From an uncultured cyanobacterium (GTDB taxonomy: Bacteria > Cyanobacteriota > Cyanobacteriia > Cyanobacteriales > CAWCAG01): 64,000 nucleotides of DNA. The notes under the pieces are model-generated. The model was not told where the DNA came from. It did no database searches and worked only from the letters and a program-made list of their open reading frames with translations. The stretch spans positions 32,001 to 96,000 of the forward strand of contig CAWDOD010000006.1 in NCBI GenBank assembly GCA_963803805.1, written 5' to 3'. Made by a program: the position numbers and the translations under genes. This document shows positions 21,950-33,805 of the stretch, piece by piece (positions within the stretch are counted from its first letter, which is position 1; each line of letters starts with the position of its first letter).

Positions 21950-22506
21950 AGTTAACACGTAATACTTGGATTTTAATCAGTTTGGCAGGGGTTTTGGGGG
22001 TTGGTGTATATATCTATGAAAGCCAACTTGCACCGCGACAGGAAGCCAGTGAAGAGCAGAGAAAGCAGATTTTTGCTTTTACTGAAGAAGAAGTTAAAAA
22101 CTTAACTATCGAACTCCCTGACCAAACTCTAGAATTTGAACGTATTGACAAAGAAATAACCCCTTGGCAGATGAAAAAGCCGGAAGATGTACCTGCAAGT
22201 AGTGCTGTAATCGCTTTTTTATTAGATGCTTTAGCAGAAGAAGAACGTGATCGCACTTTTTCTGTTCCGGTGCAACAATTGTCAGATTACGGGTTAGATT
22301 CACCTATTGCTAAAATTAGCGTGACTTTAGAAAATGGAGAAAAACATCGATTATTTCTTGGGCAACCTGATCTCGGAGGAAAGCTGATTTATGCCCAAGC
22401 CGATCCTCCTAATAATCCAGTTGAGGAGGTAGAAGTGGTTTTGGTTCCGATCAATTTTCAGTATGCAGTAGAGCGAGAATTGTCAGAATGGCAGGCTCAA
22501 CAGTAA
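21946..22506 (+). CDS. DUF4340-like protein with N-terminal membrane anchor
   Basis: ATGA overlap with the accC stop; N-terminal [11 protein letters not shown] motif. Confidence 0.75.
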   Translation: MKLTRNTWILISLAGVLGVGVYIYESQLAPRQEASEEQRKQIFAFTEEEVKNLTIELPDQTLEFERIDKEITPWQMKKPEDVPASSAVIAFLLDALAEEERDRTFSVPVQQLSDYGLDSPIAKISVTLENGEKHRLFLGQPDLGGKLIYAQADPPNNPVEEVEVVLVPINFQYAVERELSEWQAQQ

Positions 22507-22527
22507 GGTTTGCCGTTGCCATAGGCT
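22503..22527 (-). repeat. Short dispersed repeat (copy 2 of the 11962 family)
   Basis: Reverse complement reads AGCCTATGGCAACGGCAAACCTTAC. Confidence 0.55.
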
Positions 22528-22547
22528 TACCTAACTATCTGAATTGA

Positions 22548-23855
22548 TCATCTCATTAGTTGCTTCAAACAAGAGAGATCCGCAGCGCCAAAATGGATGC
22601 TGAAAGCAACATTGACATTTTCTAAAGATTGAATTAGCCAAGGAACACCATCTTTATTGGAAGATTCGTAGTGATTAAACAGAATCGAAAAGCGTCTTTC
22701 TAGATGAGGTCTAACTTTATGACAAGCTAAAGTAATCTTCAATAATAGGGCTACTGTAGGAGTTGCCCCCATATTGCTGATTAGGTCTACGAAAACGTAG
22801 TGATTGGGTTGATAGGCGCTCTCAACAATTAAAAAGTTTAATAACTGAGTAGAGGTTCGCAAAATCAACGACTCATTGGGCTTTTGGCCATCAGAATGAG
22901 GCAAAATACTTTGCAATTGCTTGTATAACTTCTCATTGAATTGACTATTTCCATATCTGGGATTAATGGGAAAAGTCAAATATTCATATAAATCATTCTT
23001 AAAGTCACGATAAGAGCGAGCATCGCTAGTATGCTTAATAAAGCTGTAGGCTAAATCTCTGTAGGTATAGTTGCCTTGAACTTTACCCACAAAATGCTTT
23101 AAAGCAACTGCTAATTCCTGCTCCGTTAATAAAGTTGGATTCCTAACCGGTTGAATATTAGGCTTAACTCCTTTATTCAACTGCCCCATCCGCGCCATTT
23201 GAGCTAACCTAACTTGATAAGTAACATATTGAGAAAGGCTAAACTCAAAGGATTTTTGCATACGAGCTTGGACGCTCATTACAGTTTGTTGATGTTCGTA
23301 ACTACTATCTTCGCTGAGCAAACAATGTCTATAAAGGTAAGGATAGCGATTAATTAAGTTGCCAACGGAATGGGAAGTTTCAGCCGTAATTTCGGGCTTT
23401 TTACCGACAACTTTAGCTAAACGGTGTAGAGTGGTAAACTGTTCTGTTTCCAGAAAATCCCTAACTAAGGTATACATACGCCTAGCGGTGCGGGAGTATG
23501 TACTTTTAGGACGAGAATCTTTCTCTAAAAGCTGTAGCAACTCAGAAATAGCTTCCCGTTCAGTTTCTATTTGCCAACGATTAATGACAATATGACAGCA
23601 GCGATTGAGAATATATTTAAACCTTTTGTCTGCTTGTTTGGAGTTAACAATCTTGGCTATGGCATCTCTAACTTGAGCATCAGGATAGCCTGTCGCTTCA
23701 ATAAATAAAAGCCGGAAACGCTCGACAATCTCACTGGGGGATTCCTCCTTCACACAGTTGATTAGATGGTCGTAAAGTTGCTTTTCTTCAGGGTTGGTTT
23801 GTGGTAGATGAGAGTCTGTCAATAGCGTCACTACAATCGTCGCTCCTGGGGGCAA
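22548..23855 (-). CDS. Conserved cyanobacterial hypothetical protein
   Basis: 435-aa ORF with ILNRCCHIVINRW and LINRYPYLY segments; start uncertain. Confidence 0.8.
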   Translation of the reverse strand: MPPGATIVVTLLTDSHLPQTNPEEKQLYDHLINCVKEESPSEIVERFRLLFIEATGYPDAQVRDAIAKIVNSKQADKRFKYILNRCCHIVINRWQIETEREAISELLQLLEKDSRPKSTYSRTARRMYTLVRDFLETEQFTTLHRLAKVVGKKPEITAETSHSVGNLINRYPYLYRHCLLSEDSSYEHQQTVMSVQARMQKSFEFSLSQYVTYQVRLAQMARMGQLNKGVKPNIQPVRNPTLLTEQELAVALKHFVGKVQGNYTYRDLAYSFIKHTSDARSYRDFKNDLYEYLTFPINPRYGNSQFNEKLYKQLQSILPHSDGQKPNESLILRTSTQLLNFLIVESAYQPNHYVFVDLISNMGATPTVALLLKITLACHKVRPHLERRFSILFNHYESSNKDGVPWLIQSLENVNVAFSIHFGAADLSCLKQLMR

Positions 23856-24179
23856 ACGTTACTTTTGGCGGGTAAAAACTGCGCTATAGGTTAAGTTCAA
23901 TGCAATTAATTTCTTTAGCAATAGCAGATTTTGAGATGATGTTGAACGTGGATTTGTCTGGTAAGCAATAAAAAAAATTGCTGACCTGCCAAGACTTAAC
24001 TTAAAATAACTGCGCCTTCAGTATATCTTGATAGAAACTCTATAAGTTTAGTAAATGTACTAAGCAATCATGAAGTTTTGGTTAAGCCAAATGGCATAGC
24101 TTAAATTCAGCCATTTTGCTGTTGGCAAAGTTAATCTATTTTACTAGCTTAACTCTTAATTTAATTCTCCCGATGTTTT

Positions 24180-25562
24180 ATGTCTTGTCAATTGTCCCTT
24201 GCTCAACTTAACAACGTTCTTATCTCAGAGGCTCTAAATCTCTCCCCATCAAATTTAGCTCAAAAAACCCTTGGCATCACTACCGATACGCGGACTCTCA
24301 AAGCAGGGGAAGTTTTTTTGGCTTTAAAAGGAGAAAATTTTGATGGTCATAGCTTTGTCAAAGTGGCTTTGGATAAAGGAGCAAGGGCTTTAATTCTTAA
24401 TCAAAATTGTGGTTTAGAATTGTCTACTGAAGTACCGCTATTTTATGTTGAAGATACCTTAAGGGCCTATCAGAAAATTGCTAGGGCATGGCGCGATCGC
24501 TTTGATATTCCGGTGATTGGTATTACTGGTTCAGTTGGCAAAACTACCACAAAAGAACTTATGGCTGCGGTTTTATCTACCCAAGGCCAGGTGCTAAAAT
24601 CTCAAGCTAATTATAATAACGAGATTGGTGTACCAAAAACCTTATTAGAGTTGGGTTCAGAGGATGATTTTGCTGTTATTGAAATGGCGATGCGGGGTTT
24701 AGGACAAATTGCCGAATTAACAGAAACTGCTCATCCGACTATTGGGGTAATTACTAATGTTGGTACGGCACATATTGGACTTTTAGGTTCTAGAGAAGCG
24801 ATCGCCCAGGCTAAATGTGAATTATTAGAAGAGATGCCCAAGACAAGTGTAGCGGTTCTCAACCACGATAATCAGCTTTTAATGGATACAGCAGCTAAGG
24901 TTTGGCAAGGGGAAACTGTGACTTTTGGTTTAGAAGGGGGAGATATTCAAGGCAAGTTACTTAACTCCCAAACTATTTTAGTAGAGGGAATGGAATTACC
25001 TTTACCTTTAACCGGTCGTCATAATGCCCTCAATTATCTAGCTGCTTTAGCTGTAGCGAGAATATTAAATATCGACTGGTCTTCCTTTGCCCAAAGTTTA
25101 ACAGTTAATCTGCCTAAAGGTAGGGCGCAACGCTACGAACTTCTCCAAGATGTGGTTATTTTAGATGAGACTTACAACGCAGGTACAGAATCAATGATCG
25201 CTGCTTTGCATCTACTTAAAGAAACCCCAGGTAAGCGACATATAGCTATATTAGGAACCATGAAAGAATTAGGAGAACAATCTCTTCAACTGCACCAAAA
25301 AGTAGGTCAAACGGTACAAGAGTTGAGTTTAGATTATTTATTAGTATTGACAGATGATTCAGAAGCAGAGGCGATCGCTGATGGGGCTGGAAATATCCCC
25401 ACAGAATGCTTTGCTACCCACCAAGAGTTGAACCAAGCCTTACAAAAACTAGTTCAACCAGGGGATCGCTTACTTTTCAAAGCTTCTAATTCTGTAGGTT
25501 TAAATAAAGTTGTGGAGAAGTTTAAGGAAGACTGGCGGGAAACTAGAGGAGTAGGGCAGTAG
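24180..25562 (+). CDS. murF: UDP-MurNAc-tripeptide--D-Ala-D-Ala ligase
   Basis: GENFDGH, ITGSVGKTTTKE, NYNNEIGVP, DETYNA and KASNS motifs. Confidence 0.96.
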   Translation: MSCQLSLAQLNNVLISEALNLSPSNLAQKTLGITTDTRTLKAGEVFLALKGENFDGHSFVKVALDKGARALILNQNCGLELSTEVPLFYVEDTLRAYQKIARAWRDRFDIPVIGITGSVGKTTTKELMAAVLSTQGQVLKSQANYNNEIGVPKTLLELGSEDDFAVIEMAMRGLGQIAELTETAHPTIGVITNVGTAHIGLLGSREAIAQAKCELLEEMPKTSVAVLNHDNQLLMDTAAKVWQGETVTFGLEGGDIQGKLLNSQTILVEGMELPLPLTGRHNALNYLAALAVARILNIDWSSFAQSLTVNLPKGRAQRYELLQDVVILDETYNAGTESMIAALHLLKETPGKRHIAILGTMKELGEQSLQLHQKVGQTVQELSLDYLLVLTDDSEAEAIADGAGNIPTECFATHQELNQALQKLVQPGDRLLFKASNSVGLNKVVEKFKEDWRETRGVGQ

Positions 25563-25664
25563 GGGAAGTAGTTTACAACTTGTTACTAGAAACTCTGCAA
25601 GCACCTCAGCAACCTGAGACAATAAAGACAAAACATAGCTGATACTTTTAATCCCCTACAGGTT

Positions 25665-26885
25665 ATGCAAACTCTCGAAAATCCTCAAACTATTATTACT
25701 GCACCTATTGACACCGCTATTGTAAGGCGCAAAACTCGTCCGGTGAAAGTGGGTGACATTACCATCGGCGGTGGGAATCCGGTGGTGGTGCAATCTATGA
25801 TTAACGAAGACACATTGGATATAGATGCTTCCGTTGCCGCTATACGCCGTCTTCATGAGATTGGTTGCGAAATTGTCCGCGTTACCGTACCTAGTATGGC
25901 TCATGCTAAGGCTTTAAAGGAAATTAGGGAAAAATTAGCCCAAACTTATCAAACCGTTCCTTTAGTAGCAGATGTCCACCACAACGGTATGAAAATTGCC
26001 TTAGAAGTTGCTAAACACGTTGATAAGGTGCGGATTAATCCGGGACTCTACGTTTTTGAAAAACCGAAAGCAGATCGCAACGAATATACAGAAACTGAAT
26101 TTAATGAAATTGGTAACAAAATTCGTCAAACCTTAGAACCTTTGGTAATTTCTTTACGAGATCAGGGGAAAGCGATGCGTATTGGTGTTAACCATGGTTC
26201 CTTAGCTGAAAGGATGTTATTTACCTACGGCGATACCCCTGAAGGAATGGTAGAGTCGGCGTTGGAATTTATTAGGATTTGCGAATCTCTGGACTTTTAT
26301 AACCTAGTTCTTTCCCTCAAAGCATCGCGAGTTCCTGTAATGTTAGCAGCTTATCGCTTAATGGTTAAGCGGATGAATGAGCTAGGTATGGCTTATCCTC
26401 TCCACTTAGGAGTAACAGAAGCAGGAGATGGGGAATATGGACGTATTAAATCTACAGCCGGAATTGGTACTTTATTAGCGGAAGGAATTGGCGATACAAT
26501 TCGTGTGTCTTTAACAGAAGCCCCAGAAAAAGAGATTCCTGTTTGTTATAGTATTCTCCAAGCTTTGGGACTACGGAAAACCATGGTTGAATATGTTGCT
26601 TGTCCTTCCTGTGGGCGTACCTTATTTAACCTCGAAGAAGTTTTAGCTAAAGTTCGCAACGCAACTAAACATCTCACTGGTTTAGATATTGCAGTGATGG
26701 GTTGTATAGTTAATGGCCCTGGAGAAATGGCCGATGCAGACTATGGTTATGTCGGTAAGCAACCAGGTTATATATCTCTCTATCGAGGACGGGAAGAAAT
26801 TAAGAAAGTACCAGAAGATCGAGGCGTGGAAGAATTAATTAATTTGATTAAAGCTGATGATCGTTGGGTTGAACCAGAAGAGTAG
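25665..26885 (+). CDS. ispG: HMBPP synthase
   Basis: [29 protein letters not shown] and [10 protein letters not shown] motifs. Confidence 0.98.
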   Translation: MQTLENPQTIITAPIDTAIVRRKTRPVKVGDITIGGGNPVVVQSMINEDTLDIDASVAAIRRLHEIGCEIVRVTVPSMAHAKALKEIREKLAQTYQTVPLVADVHHNGMKIALEVAKHVDKVRINPGLYVFEKPKADRNEYTETEFNEIGNKIRQTLEPLVISLRDQGKAMRIGVNHGSLAERMLFTYGDTPEGMVESALEFIRICESLDFYNLVLSLKASRVPVMLAAYRLMVKRMNELGMAYPLHLGVTEAGDGEYGRIKSTAGIGTLLAEGIGDTIRVSLTEAPEKEIPVCYSILQALGLRKTMVEYVACPSCGRTLFNLEEVLAKVRNATKHLTGLDIAVMGCIVNGPGEMADADYGYVGKQPGYISLYRGREEIKKVPEDRGVEELINLIKADDRWVEPEE

Positions 26886-26992
26886 AAATCTTGTTCAACT
26901 TATACAAATTTACCTGAATGCGAGGGTTTAACTAATTCTTTTGGTTAGACTCTCTAATTATGCTCGTTCTTTTCGAGTTAGACAACTAATTT

Positions 26993-27484
26993 ATGAAAAT
27001 AATTATTGGTATTATGGGGCCAGGAAAAAATGCTTTACCTATTGATTTAGAAAACGCTTATTTATTAGGTCAATTAATCGCTAAAGAAGGCTGGATTCTA
27101 CTTACGGGAGGGAGAAAAGCAGGGGTTATGGAAGCGGCTAGTCAAGGGGCAAAAGCTTCTGGCGGCATGACTATTGGTATTCTTCCTGGCAATGATTATG
27201 AAGGTGTTTCTGAGGCAATAGATATTGCTATCATTACTGATATGGGTAATGCTAGAAACAACATCAATGTCCTTTCTAGCCAAGTAGTAGTGGCTTGCGG
27301 CATGGGAATAGGAACTGCTTCAGAAATCGCTTTAGCATTAAAAGCAAATAAACCAGTTATTCTGTTAAACAATCAACCGGAAAGTTATCAATTTTTTCAG
27401 AGTTTAAGGAAAGATTATCTTTACTTTGTTAAAGATGCAGAAGCCGCGATCGCTATTGGGAAAGGTATCCTCCTCAAGGACTGA
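26993..27484 (+). CDS. LOG-like (TIGR00725) family protein
   Basis: LTGGRKAGVMEAA, IGILPG, ARNNINV and GTASEIALA motifs. Confidence 0.88.
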   Translation: MKIIIGIMGPGKNALPIDLENAYLLGQLIAKEGWILLTGGRKAGVMEAASQGAKASGGMTIGILPGNDYEGVSEAIDIAIITDMGNARNNINVLSSQVVVACGMGIGTASEIALALKANKPVILLNNQPESYQFFQSLRKDYLYFVKDAEAAIAIGKGILLKD

Positions 27485-27764
27485 AACGCCTCATTCCTCT
27501 AAATGAGGGACTGATGGGCGAGGAATTTGGAGTGCGATCGCATTCATACCTAACTTTTAACTCCAAAGTTTGTTGGCGAAAAAGGAAATTATCTATCTCT
27601 TGATTCTATTTTTATTTGGTAGTAATATATTTTAAGGGAGAGTATATGCTTATATTCAAAAAATCGCGTCTATTCCCATTATTAAAAATAATTTTATCTT
27701 GTCAAGGTAAAAGCTGATTAGAGTTTAAAATAACTTAATAAAATTTCTGTTTAAACAAAATCTT

Positions 27765-27824
27765 GTCGGGGCAGGTTTTTCTATATATTTGCTCAGTCGT
27801 ATATATAAGCAAACCCACCCCTAC
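27765..27824 (-). repeat. GTAGGGG-headed long palindrome after ctaE (REP-like, possible terminator)
   Basis: Minus strand reads GTAGGGGTGGGTTTGCTTATATA...TATATAGAAAAACCTGCCCCGAC. Confidence 0.65.
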
Positions 27825-27842
27825 TTTACTTATTTGCTAACT

Positions 27843-28465
27843 TCAAAGCAAATAAACTAACCCAAAAAGAATAATCCAAACCACATCAACAAAGTGCCAA
27901 TATAATTCTGCGGCTTCTACGCCAAAATGTTCTTCACCAGAATAGTGCTTAGCATCGCGCGATCGCCACAACACAGCCAAGATCAACAACAAGCCTAAAG
28001 TAACGTGCAAGCCGTGGAATCCGGTTAAAACATAAAAACAACTAGCGAAAATATTACTAGTTAAACCAAACTCCAAATGGCTATATTCATAAGCCTGTCC
28101 GACAAGGAAAATTGCCCCCATAACAGCCGTTATGGCAAACCAAAATTGTAATCCTTTATTGTCGTCTTTTTTGATCGCACTTTGCCCCTTGTGCATCACA
28201 AAGCTACTAGAGATCAGGATCAAAGTGTTAATAGTTGGCAGTAAAAGTTCTAACTCCGGCTGGCCTTCAGGGGCCAAACTGGCATGGTGAAGTGATAAAT
28301 TAAAAACGCAGCAAACAAGCCGAGAAAGATCATACTCTCAGCCACAAGAAACAAAACTAAGCCAAACATCCGAAAATCAGGATGTTCTTCATGGGCTATC
28401 TCAGCTTCTAGCTCACGTTGATAGTTGAGGGTTTTTGAGGGATCTATTGAAGTTGAACCTTGCAT
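27843..28465 (-). CDS. ctaE: Cytochrome c oxidase subunit III (frameshifted in this sequence)
   Basis: LFLVAESMIF, TGFHGLHV and YWHFVDVVW motifs; adding one base at 28270-28275 gives WPPEGQP. Confidence 0.92.
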
Positions 28466-28543
28466 AATCTCTTATTTGTCATTTATCTAACAGGGCTTGA
28501 ACTAAAAATCAAAAAATCATTTTTTCTTTTGAATTTTTAATTC

Positions 28544-30231
28544 CTAAGTGGCATCGGCTTTAACCTCTGCGAGTAAATCTTCTACCGTCAACTCAGCGTC
28601 CAGTCCTTCGCCATCAATACCGTAGTCGTAGGGACCACACCAGAGGACAGGTTCTTCATCGAAGTTTTCAATCGCAGGAGGAGAGGTGGTTTGCCACTCC
28701 AGGGTTAAAGCTTTCCAAGGATTGTAGGTTGCTTGTGGCCCTTTGAACCAACTCCAAATCGCATTGATGATAAAAGGAATTGTGGAAACAGCCAAAATAT
28801 AGGAACCGATGGTACAAACTATATTTAAGTCTTGGAATTGCGGATCATAAAGGGCAATGCGGCGATTCATACCCATCAAACCCAATTTGTGCATGGGTAA
28901 GAAGGTCATGTTTAAACCAATGAAGGTGAAAACAAAGTGAACCCGACCCCAAAATTCGTTGTACATCCGCCCCGTCATTTTGGGATACCAATGGTAAATC
29001 CCGGCGAAAAGTCCTAAAACACTACCACCGAAGAGGACGTAGTGGAGGTGGGCTACCACAAAGTAGGTATCGTGGACGTGGATGTCAAAGGGAACAGAAG
29101 CTAGCATGACCCCACTCAAACCCCCAATTAGGAAAGCAGAGAGGAAACCAATGGCAAATAACATAGGGGTATTTAAGCTGATCTTGCCCCCCCAAATGGT
29201 GGCACACCAACCAAAAACCTTAATACCTGTGGGTACGGCAATAATCATAGTGGCAGCCATAAAAAACATCCGCATCCAGCCGGGAGTACCACTAGTAAAC
29301 ATATGGTGAGCCCAAACAATTAAGCCCAAAAAAGCAATAGCTAAACTAGAATAGGCGATCGCCCGATAACCAAAAATTGGTTGGCGAGAATGGGTTGGCA
29401 AAATTTCAGAAATCATGCCAAAAATCGGCAGAATCATAATATAAACTGCCGGATGGGAGTAAAACCAGAACATATGCTGATAAACAATGGGATCTCCTCC
29501 TCCGGCAGGGTTGAAGAAGTTAGTTCCAGCAATTAGGTCAAAGGAAAGTAAAATTACCGCCCCCGCTAATACCGGAGTCCCAATTAGGGTTAAACCAGAA
29601 AGGGCTAACATCGACCAACAAAATAGAGGCATATCATGGATAGTCATATCCGGGATACGCATCTTTAAGATGGTGGTGGCGAAATTAATCGAACCCAGCA
29701 TGGAAGAAGTTCCCAACAAAAGTACGCTGAGAATCCAAATTTCTTGCCCCCACTGTCCAGACACCAAACTTAAGGGAGGATAAGCTGTCCAACCTGTTTG
29801 AGGCGCACCCACAAAGAAGCTGCACATTAAGAAGATACCCCCAGGAGGCAGCATCCAAAACGCTACTGCATTTAACCGGGGAAAGGCCATATCCTTGGCC
29901 CGATCATCAAAGGAATTAAATAATTAGCAAAAGCAGCCCCAGCGGGGATAATCCAGAGGAAAATCATCACTGTGGCGTGCATGGTGAAAAGCTGGTTATA
30001 CACTTCCGGAGTAACGAAATCCGGTGCTGGGGTTGCTAATTCTGTGCGGACTCCTTCAGCTAAGGTTCCCCCCACTAAGTAAAACAGAAAAGACGTTACT
30101 AGGTATTGGATACCAATGACCTTGTGGTCTGTATTAAAGGTAAAATATTGCCACCAAGCCCACTTTTCAGGATGGTCATGGGTTGATGGTTCTGGTTTTG
30201 GAGCAGTTTTAGGAACTGTTACTTGGGTCAT
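28544..30231 (-). CDS. ctaD: Cytochrome c oxidase subunit I (frameshifted in this sequence)
   Basis: TDHKVIG, FWFYSHPAVY, WAHH and AHLHYV motifs; adding one base at 29897-29901 restores IGAKDMAFPRLN. Confidence 0.95.
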
Positions 30232-30240
30232 TGTTGGTTA

Positions 30241-31206
30241 TTAGTGGTTGCTATGGTGATGATGTAGTACTTTTAATTCATCTAAAACTTGAGGTGTTAC
30301 TCCCATATCCTCAGCAAAAGGTGTAATCACAGCAGCAGGAGAATTTTTAGCCGTCTGTAAAGCAACTGCTTTATCCAATTGATTTTGGGAATAATATTGA
30401 GAGTTTTCCTCCATCCACTGGTTATATTCTTCTGGAGTCTGGACAAAAAGCTGAGCCTTCATGCCGCCATGGTAGGGGCCACAAAGTTCAGCACAAATAA
30501 TCGGATATTGCCCAGCACGAGTAGCGGTAAATCTCAATTCAGCAGTCCGCCCTGGAATAGCATCTTGTTTAATGCGGAATTCCGGTAGCCAGAAAGCATG
30601 GAGTACGTCCTGGGCGGAAATATTTAATTTTACTTCTTGCCCCAAGGGGATATGTAAATCGCCACTAATGACACCAGTTTCTGGGTAGGTAAAGATCCAG
30701 GCATACTGAAGACCATTAACATCAACTTCCAAGGGTGAATCTTCTGTGGGGGCATAAGGAGAAGCCCCTAGTCCTAAAGCCATTTCACCCTGACTGGGAT
30801 TCAGGGCAACAAGATTTTGTTGAGGCCGTTTATCCATAGAAGCCATAGGATCTAAGCCTCCCATGGTGTTATAAACCTCAAAACTATAAATTGCAATAAT
30901 AAAAACAATTACCGTGGGAATTGCTGTCCAAAGAATTTCTAGGGGAATATTGCCTTCTATTGGTGGCCCGTCAGTTTGATCCCCTTTGCGTCGGCGAAAT
31001 TTAATAATTGAAACAATTAGCACCCCCTGAACAAGAAAAAACAACCCGGTAGCAATGGTCATCATAAAGTCAAAAATTCCATCCACTTGGGCTGCTTCTA
31101 CCGAAGCTTGCACGGGTAAAAGTCCGTGATTTTGTCCGTACCAGAGGCTGATGAGAGTTAAAGCGATACCAGCGATTAGTGTTGTAATGCTACTTGGAAT
31201 GTTCAC
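30241..31206 (-). CDS. ctaC: Cytochrome c oxidase subunit II
   Basis: LEILWT, DVLHAFW and CuA motif CAELCGPYHGGM. Confidence 0.96.
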   Translation of the reverse strand: MNIPSSITTLIAGIALTLISLWYGQNHGLLPVQASVEAAQVDGIFDFMMTIATGLFFLVQGVLIVSIIKFRRRKGDQTDGPPIEGNIPLEILWTAIPTVIVFIIAIYSFEVYNTMGGLDPMASMDKRPQQNLVALNPSQGEMALGLGASPYAPTEDSPLEVDVNGLQYAWIFTYPETGVISGDLHIPLGQEVKLNISAQDVLHAFWLPEFRIKQDAIPGRTAELRFTATRAGQYPIICAELCGPYHGGMKAQLFVQTPEEYNQWMEENSQYYSQNQLDKAVALQTAKNSPAAVITPFAEDMGVTPQVLDELKVLHHHHSNH

Positions 31207-31630
31207 AGTTTTTTTTTGCGCTCAATGTTTCAGGGTTTTGCTTTTCCCTCCAATTACCAAGGTAAGACAATCTGTCTAGTTAGGGGAGATCGCAATGCTT
31301 AATTTACCGCTTTCTTTGGTTTTTTTTCAGGATCTCTGTGAACAAAAAAGAGCAGTTTGAGCAGATTTAATGTTTGTTTAACTTTTGCTTAGGACTCTGT
31401 TAAATAAAGATAAATTTTTCTTGGGGCTAGAACATAGCAATCTTGAAGAATACCTAAAGCTAGAGAACTTTTCTTGAAAGAAGACTAGATGATGAACATA
31501 AGGAAGTCGACTCAACCACCCAAGAGCAGCAAAAAGCTCTCCTTCTTTGTTTCCCAATATTTGCTAGCTTGATAGGTAAGAGTATTAACTTCTATTAGCT
31601 GGATGAACTTAAGATAAGCACTAAAGCGTT

Positions 31631-32542
31631 ATGGCAGAATCAGTAATTCACCCAAAAATTACTTCTCCCCGAAAAAATTCTCACTCCAGAAATATTATTC
31701 ATAGCTTAGTCTGGAAAATTGTGATCGCTACTTGGTTATTAATGGCGGTGGGTAGCGCTACGCGGGTTATGAATGCTGGGCTGGCTTGTCCTGATTGGCC
31801 CTTATGTTACGGTCAACTCATCCCTAGCCAGCAGATGAATCTTCAAGTATTTCTAGAATGGTTTCATCGCTTAGATGCCGGCTTGATTGGTCTTAGTACT
31901 CTAATTTTAGTTGCTATAAGTTGGTGGTATCGTCGGAATCTCCCGACTTGGCTACCTTGGGCGGCTTTATTTGCCCTCAGCTTAATTGTTTTTCAAGCTG
32001 TTTTGGGGGGATTAACTGTAACCCAAATGCTGCGGTTTGATATCGTTACGGCTCATTTAGGGACAGCTTTATTATTCTTCAGCACTTTGATTGTGATTGG
32101 TGGAAGTCTTAGCCCCTATGAAAGTACCTCTGCTGTAGGAAAGTTACCTTGGGTAGGTTTAACGGCTACTGTTCTAGTTTACTTACAAAGTTTATTGGGA
32201 GGGTTAGTGGGTTCCCGTTGGGCTTTACACCAATGCTTTGGTACATCTCAATTATGTGCTGTGATGAATAGCCACATTATCGGTGTTTTTCCAGCTACCA
32301 TTGCTACTCTTACTTTAGTGATTATTTCCTGGCGTACCTCTGGCTTAAGTCCTCTGCTGGGGCAACTGGCAAATTGGTCTGGAGTTTTAGTCTTGTTACA
32401 AATTATCCTTGGTGTGGCAACTTTCAAGTTACACCTTCAAGTCGAACCTCTAACAGTAACTCATCAAGCTATTGGTGCTGCTTTACTAGGAACTTTACTC
32501 GCCTTTACCGTATTTAGTATCAGGGATCGGCAATCGGCATAG
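31631..32542 (+). CDS. ctaA: Heme A synthase
   Basis: AGLACPDWPLC, EWFHR and TAHL motifs. Confidence 0.93.
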   Translation: MAESVIHPKITSPRKNSHSRNIIHSLVWKIVIATWLLMAVGSATRVMNAGLACPDWPLCYGQLIPSQQMNLQVFLEWFHRLDAGLIGLSTLILVAISWWYRRNLPTWLPWAALFALSLIVFQAVLGGLTVTQMLRFDIVTAHLGTALLFFSTLIVIGGSLSPYESTSAVGKLPWVGLTATVLVYLQSLLGGLVGSRWALHQCFGTSQLCAVMNSHIIGVFPATIATLTLVIISWRTSGLSPLLGQLANWSGVLVLLQIILGVATFKLHLQVEPLTVTHQAIGAALLGTLLAFTVFSIRDRQSA

Positions 32543-32581
32543 ACCTTAAGTATCAACAAACAACTCAAAAACTTATTTGGT

Positions 32582-33544
32582 GTGAATAGTATGATTGGGA
32601 CAAGTATTTCCCGCCGCAACGAAAACTTCTGGGAAGTTATCCACAGCTATTATCAATTAACTAAGCCTCGTATCATCCCTCTGCTACTAATTACCACTGC
32701 AGCAGCAGTATGGCTAGCCTCAGAAGGTGAAGTAGACCCTTTATTATTGTTCGTAACTTTAGCTGGGGGAACCTTAGCTGCTGCTTCTGCTCAAACCTTA
32801 AACTGTATTTATGACCGAGATATTGACTACGAAATGAAGCGGACTCGTCATCGCCCTATCCCTTCTGGGCGAGTTAGTCCCAGGGATGCGGCTATTTTTG
32901 CTTCAGTGTTGGCTTTTATTTCCTTTACCCTTTTAGCTGTTTTTGCCAATCTCCTCAGTGCTTTGCTAGCCATGTCTGGCATTGTTTTCTATATGTTCAT
33001 TTATACCCACCTACTCAAACGCCATAGCACCCAAAATATTGTCATCGGTGGTGCTGCCGGTTCCATTCCTCCTCTGGTAGGTTGGGCTGCGGTGACGGGT
33101 AATCTAAGTTGGGCCGCAGGATTATTATTTGCGATTATTTTCCTTTGGACACCGCCCCATTTTTGGGCCTTAGCTTTAATGATTCGCGATGATTATGCCC
33201 AGGTTAATGTACCGATGTTACCCGTGGTAGCTGGGGAGGAAGCCACCGTTAAACAAATTTGGCTTTATAGTCTGTTAGTTGTTCCTGCCACTTTCGGTTT
33301 AATTTATCCTTTTGGGGGGCTAGGACTCATTTATGGCATCGCGGCTATAGGTTTGGGCTATATTTTTCTACGTAAAGCATGGCAGTTAAAACAAGCACCG
33401 ACAGATAAGCAGTTAGCGAAATCTTTGTTTAAGTATTCCATACTCTACATGATGCTGTTATGTACTGCTATTGTGGTTGATTGTTTGCCTTTAACCCAAC
33501 ATTTAATCGATATTGTTATTAGCAATATGTCTAATTTTACTTGA
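32582..33544 (+). CDS. ctaB: Heme O synthase (protoheme IX farnesyltransferase)
   Basis: [25 protein letters not shown] and [10 protein letters not shown] motifs. Confidence 0.96.
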   Translation: MNSMIGTSISRRNENFWEVIHSYYQLTKPRIIPLLLITTAAAVWLASEGEVDPLLLFVTLAGGTLAAASAQTLNCIYDRDIDYEMKRTRHRPIPSGRVSPRDAAIFASVLAFISFTLLAVFANLLSALLAMSGIVFYMFIYTHLLKRHSTQNIVIGGAAGSIPPLVGWAAVTGNLSWAAGLLFAIIFLWTPPHFWALALMIRDDYAQVNVPMLPVVAGEEATVKQIWLYSLLVVPATFGLIYPFGGLGLIYGIAAIGLGYIFLRKAWQLKQAPTDKQLAKSLFKYSILYMMLLCTAIVVDCLPLTQHLIDIVISNMSNFT

Positions 33545-33805
33545 CGGGTAAGGGGTGAAGGGTAGTATGTTTGTTTTTTAAAACTATCTCTTTACCCCCA
33601 AAATTTTAAGCTACCTAAGTGGGGTTGCAGATGGGCTTCAGGGTAGTAAATCCGCAACTACTAGCTGGATTAAAGTCAAAGATAATACCTCTTTATCCTC
33701 CTATTTGCCCAATGTGAAGCTTCAGAAATTATCACATCCCTTGAGAAAATAGCTACTTGATCATCCACAATCAAAAAAATAGCTTCATTGAGGAAATCAA
33801 GAAAT

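Noticed and set aside
27480-27585. Hammerhead ribozyme (CTGATG...GAAA)
   Set aside because: The core reads CTGATGG rather than CTGANGA, and the three-stem topology with a UH site cannot be built
27843-30231. ctaD and ctaE as true pseudogenes (loss of the aa3 oxidase)
   Set aside because: Each has a single one-base indel at GGCC with otherwise intact motifs, and ctaC, ctaA and ctaB are intact; sequencing error is more parsimonious
33605-33670. Imperfect hairpin after ctaB as a riboswitch or ncRNA
   Set aside because: No recognised riboswitch consensus; a single weak stem
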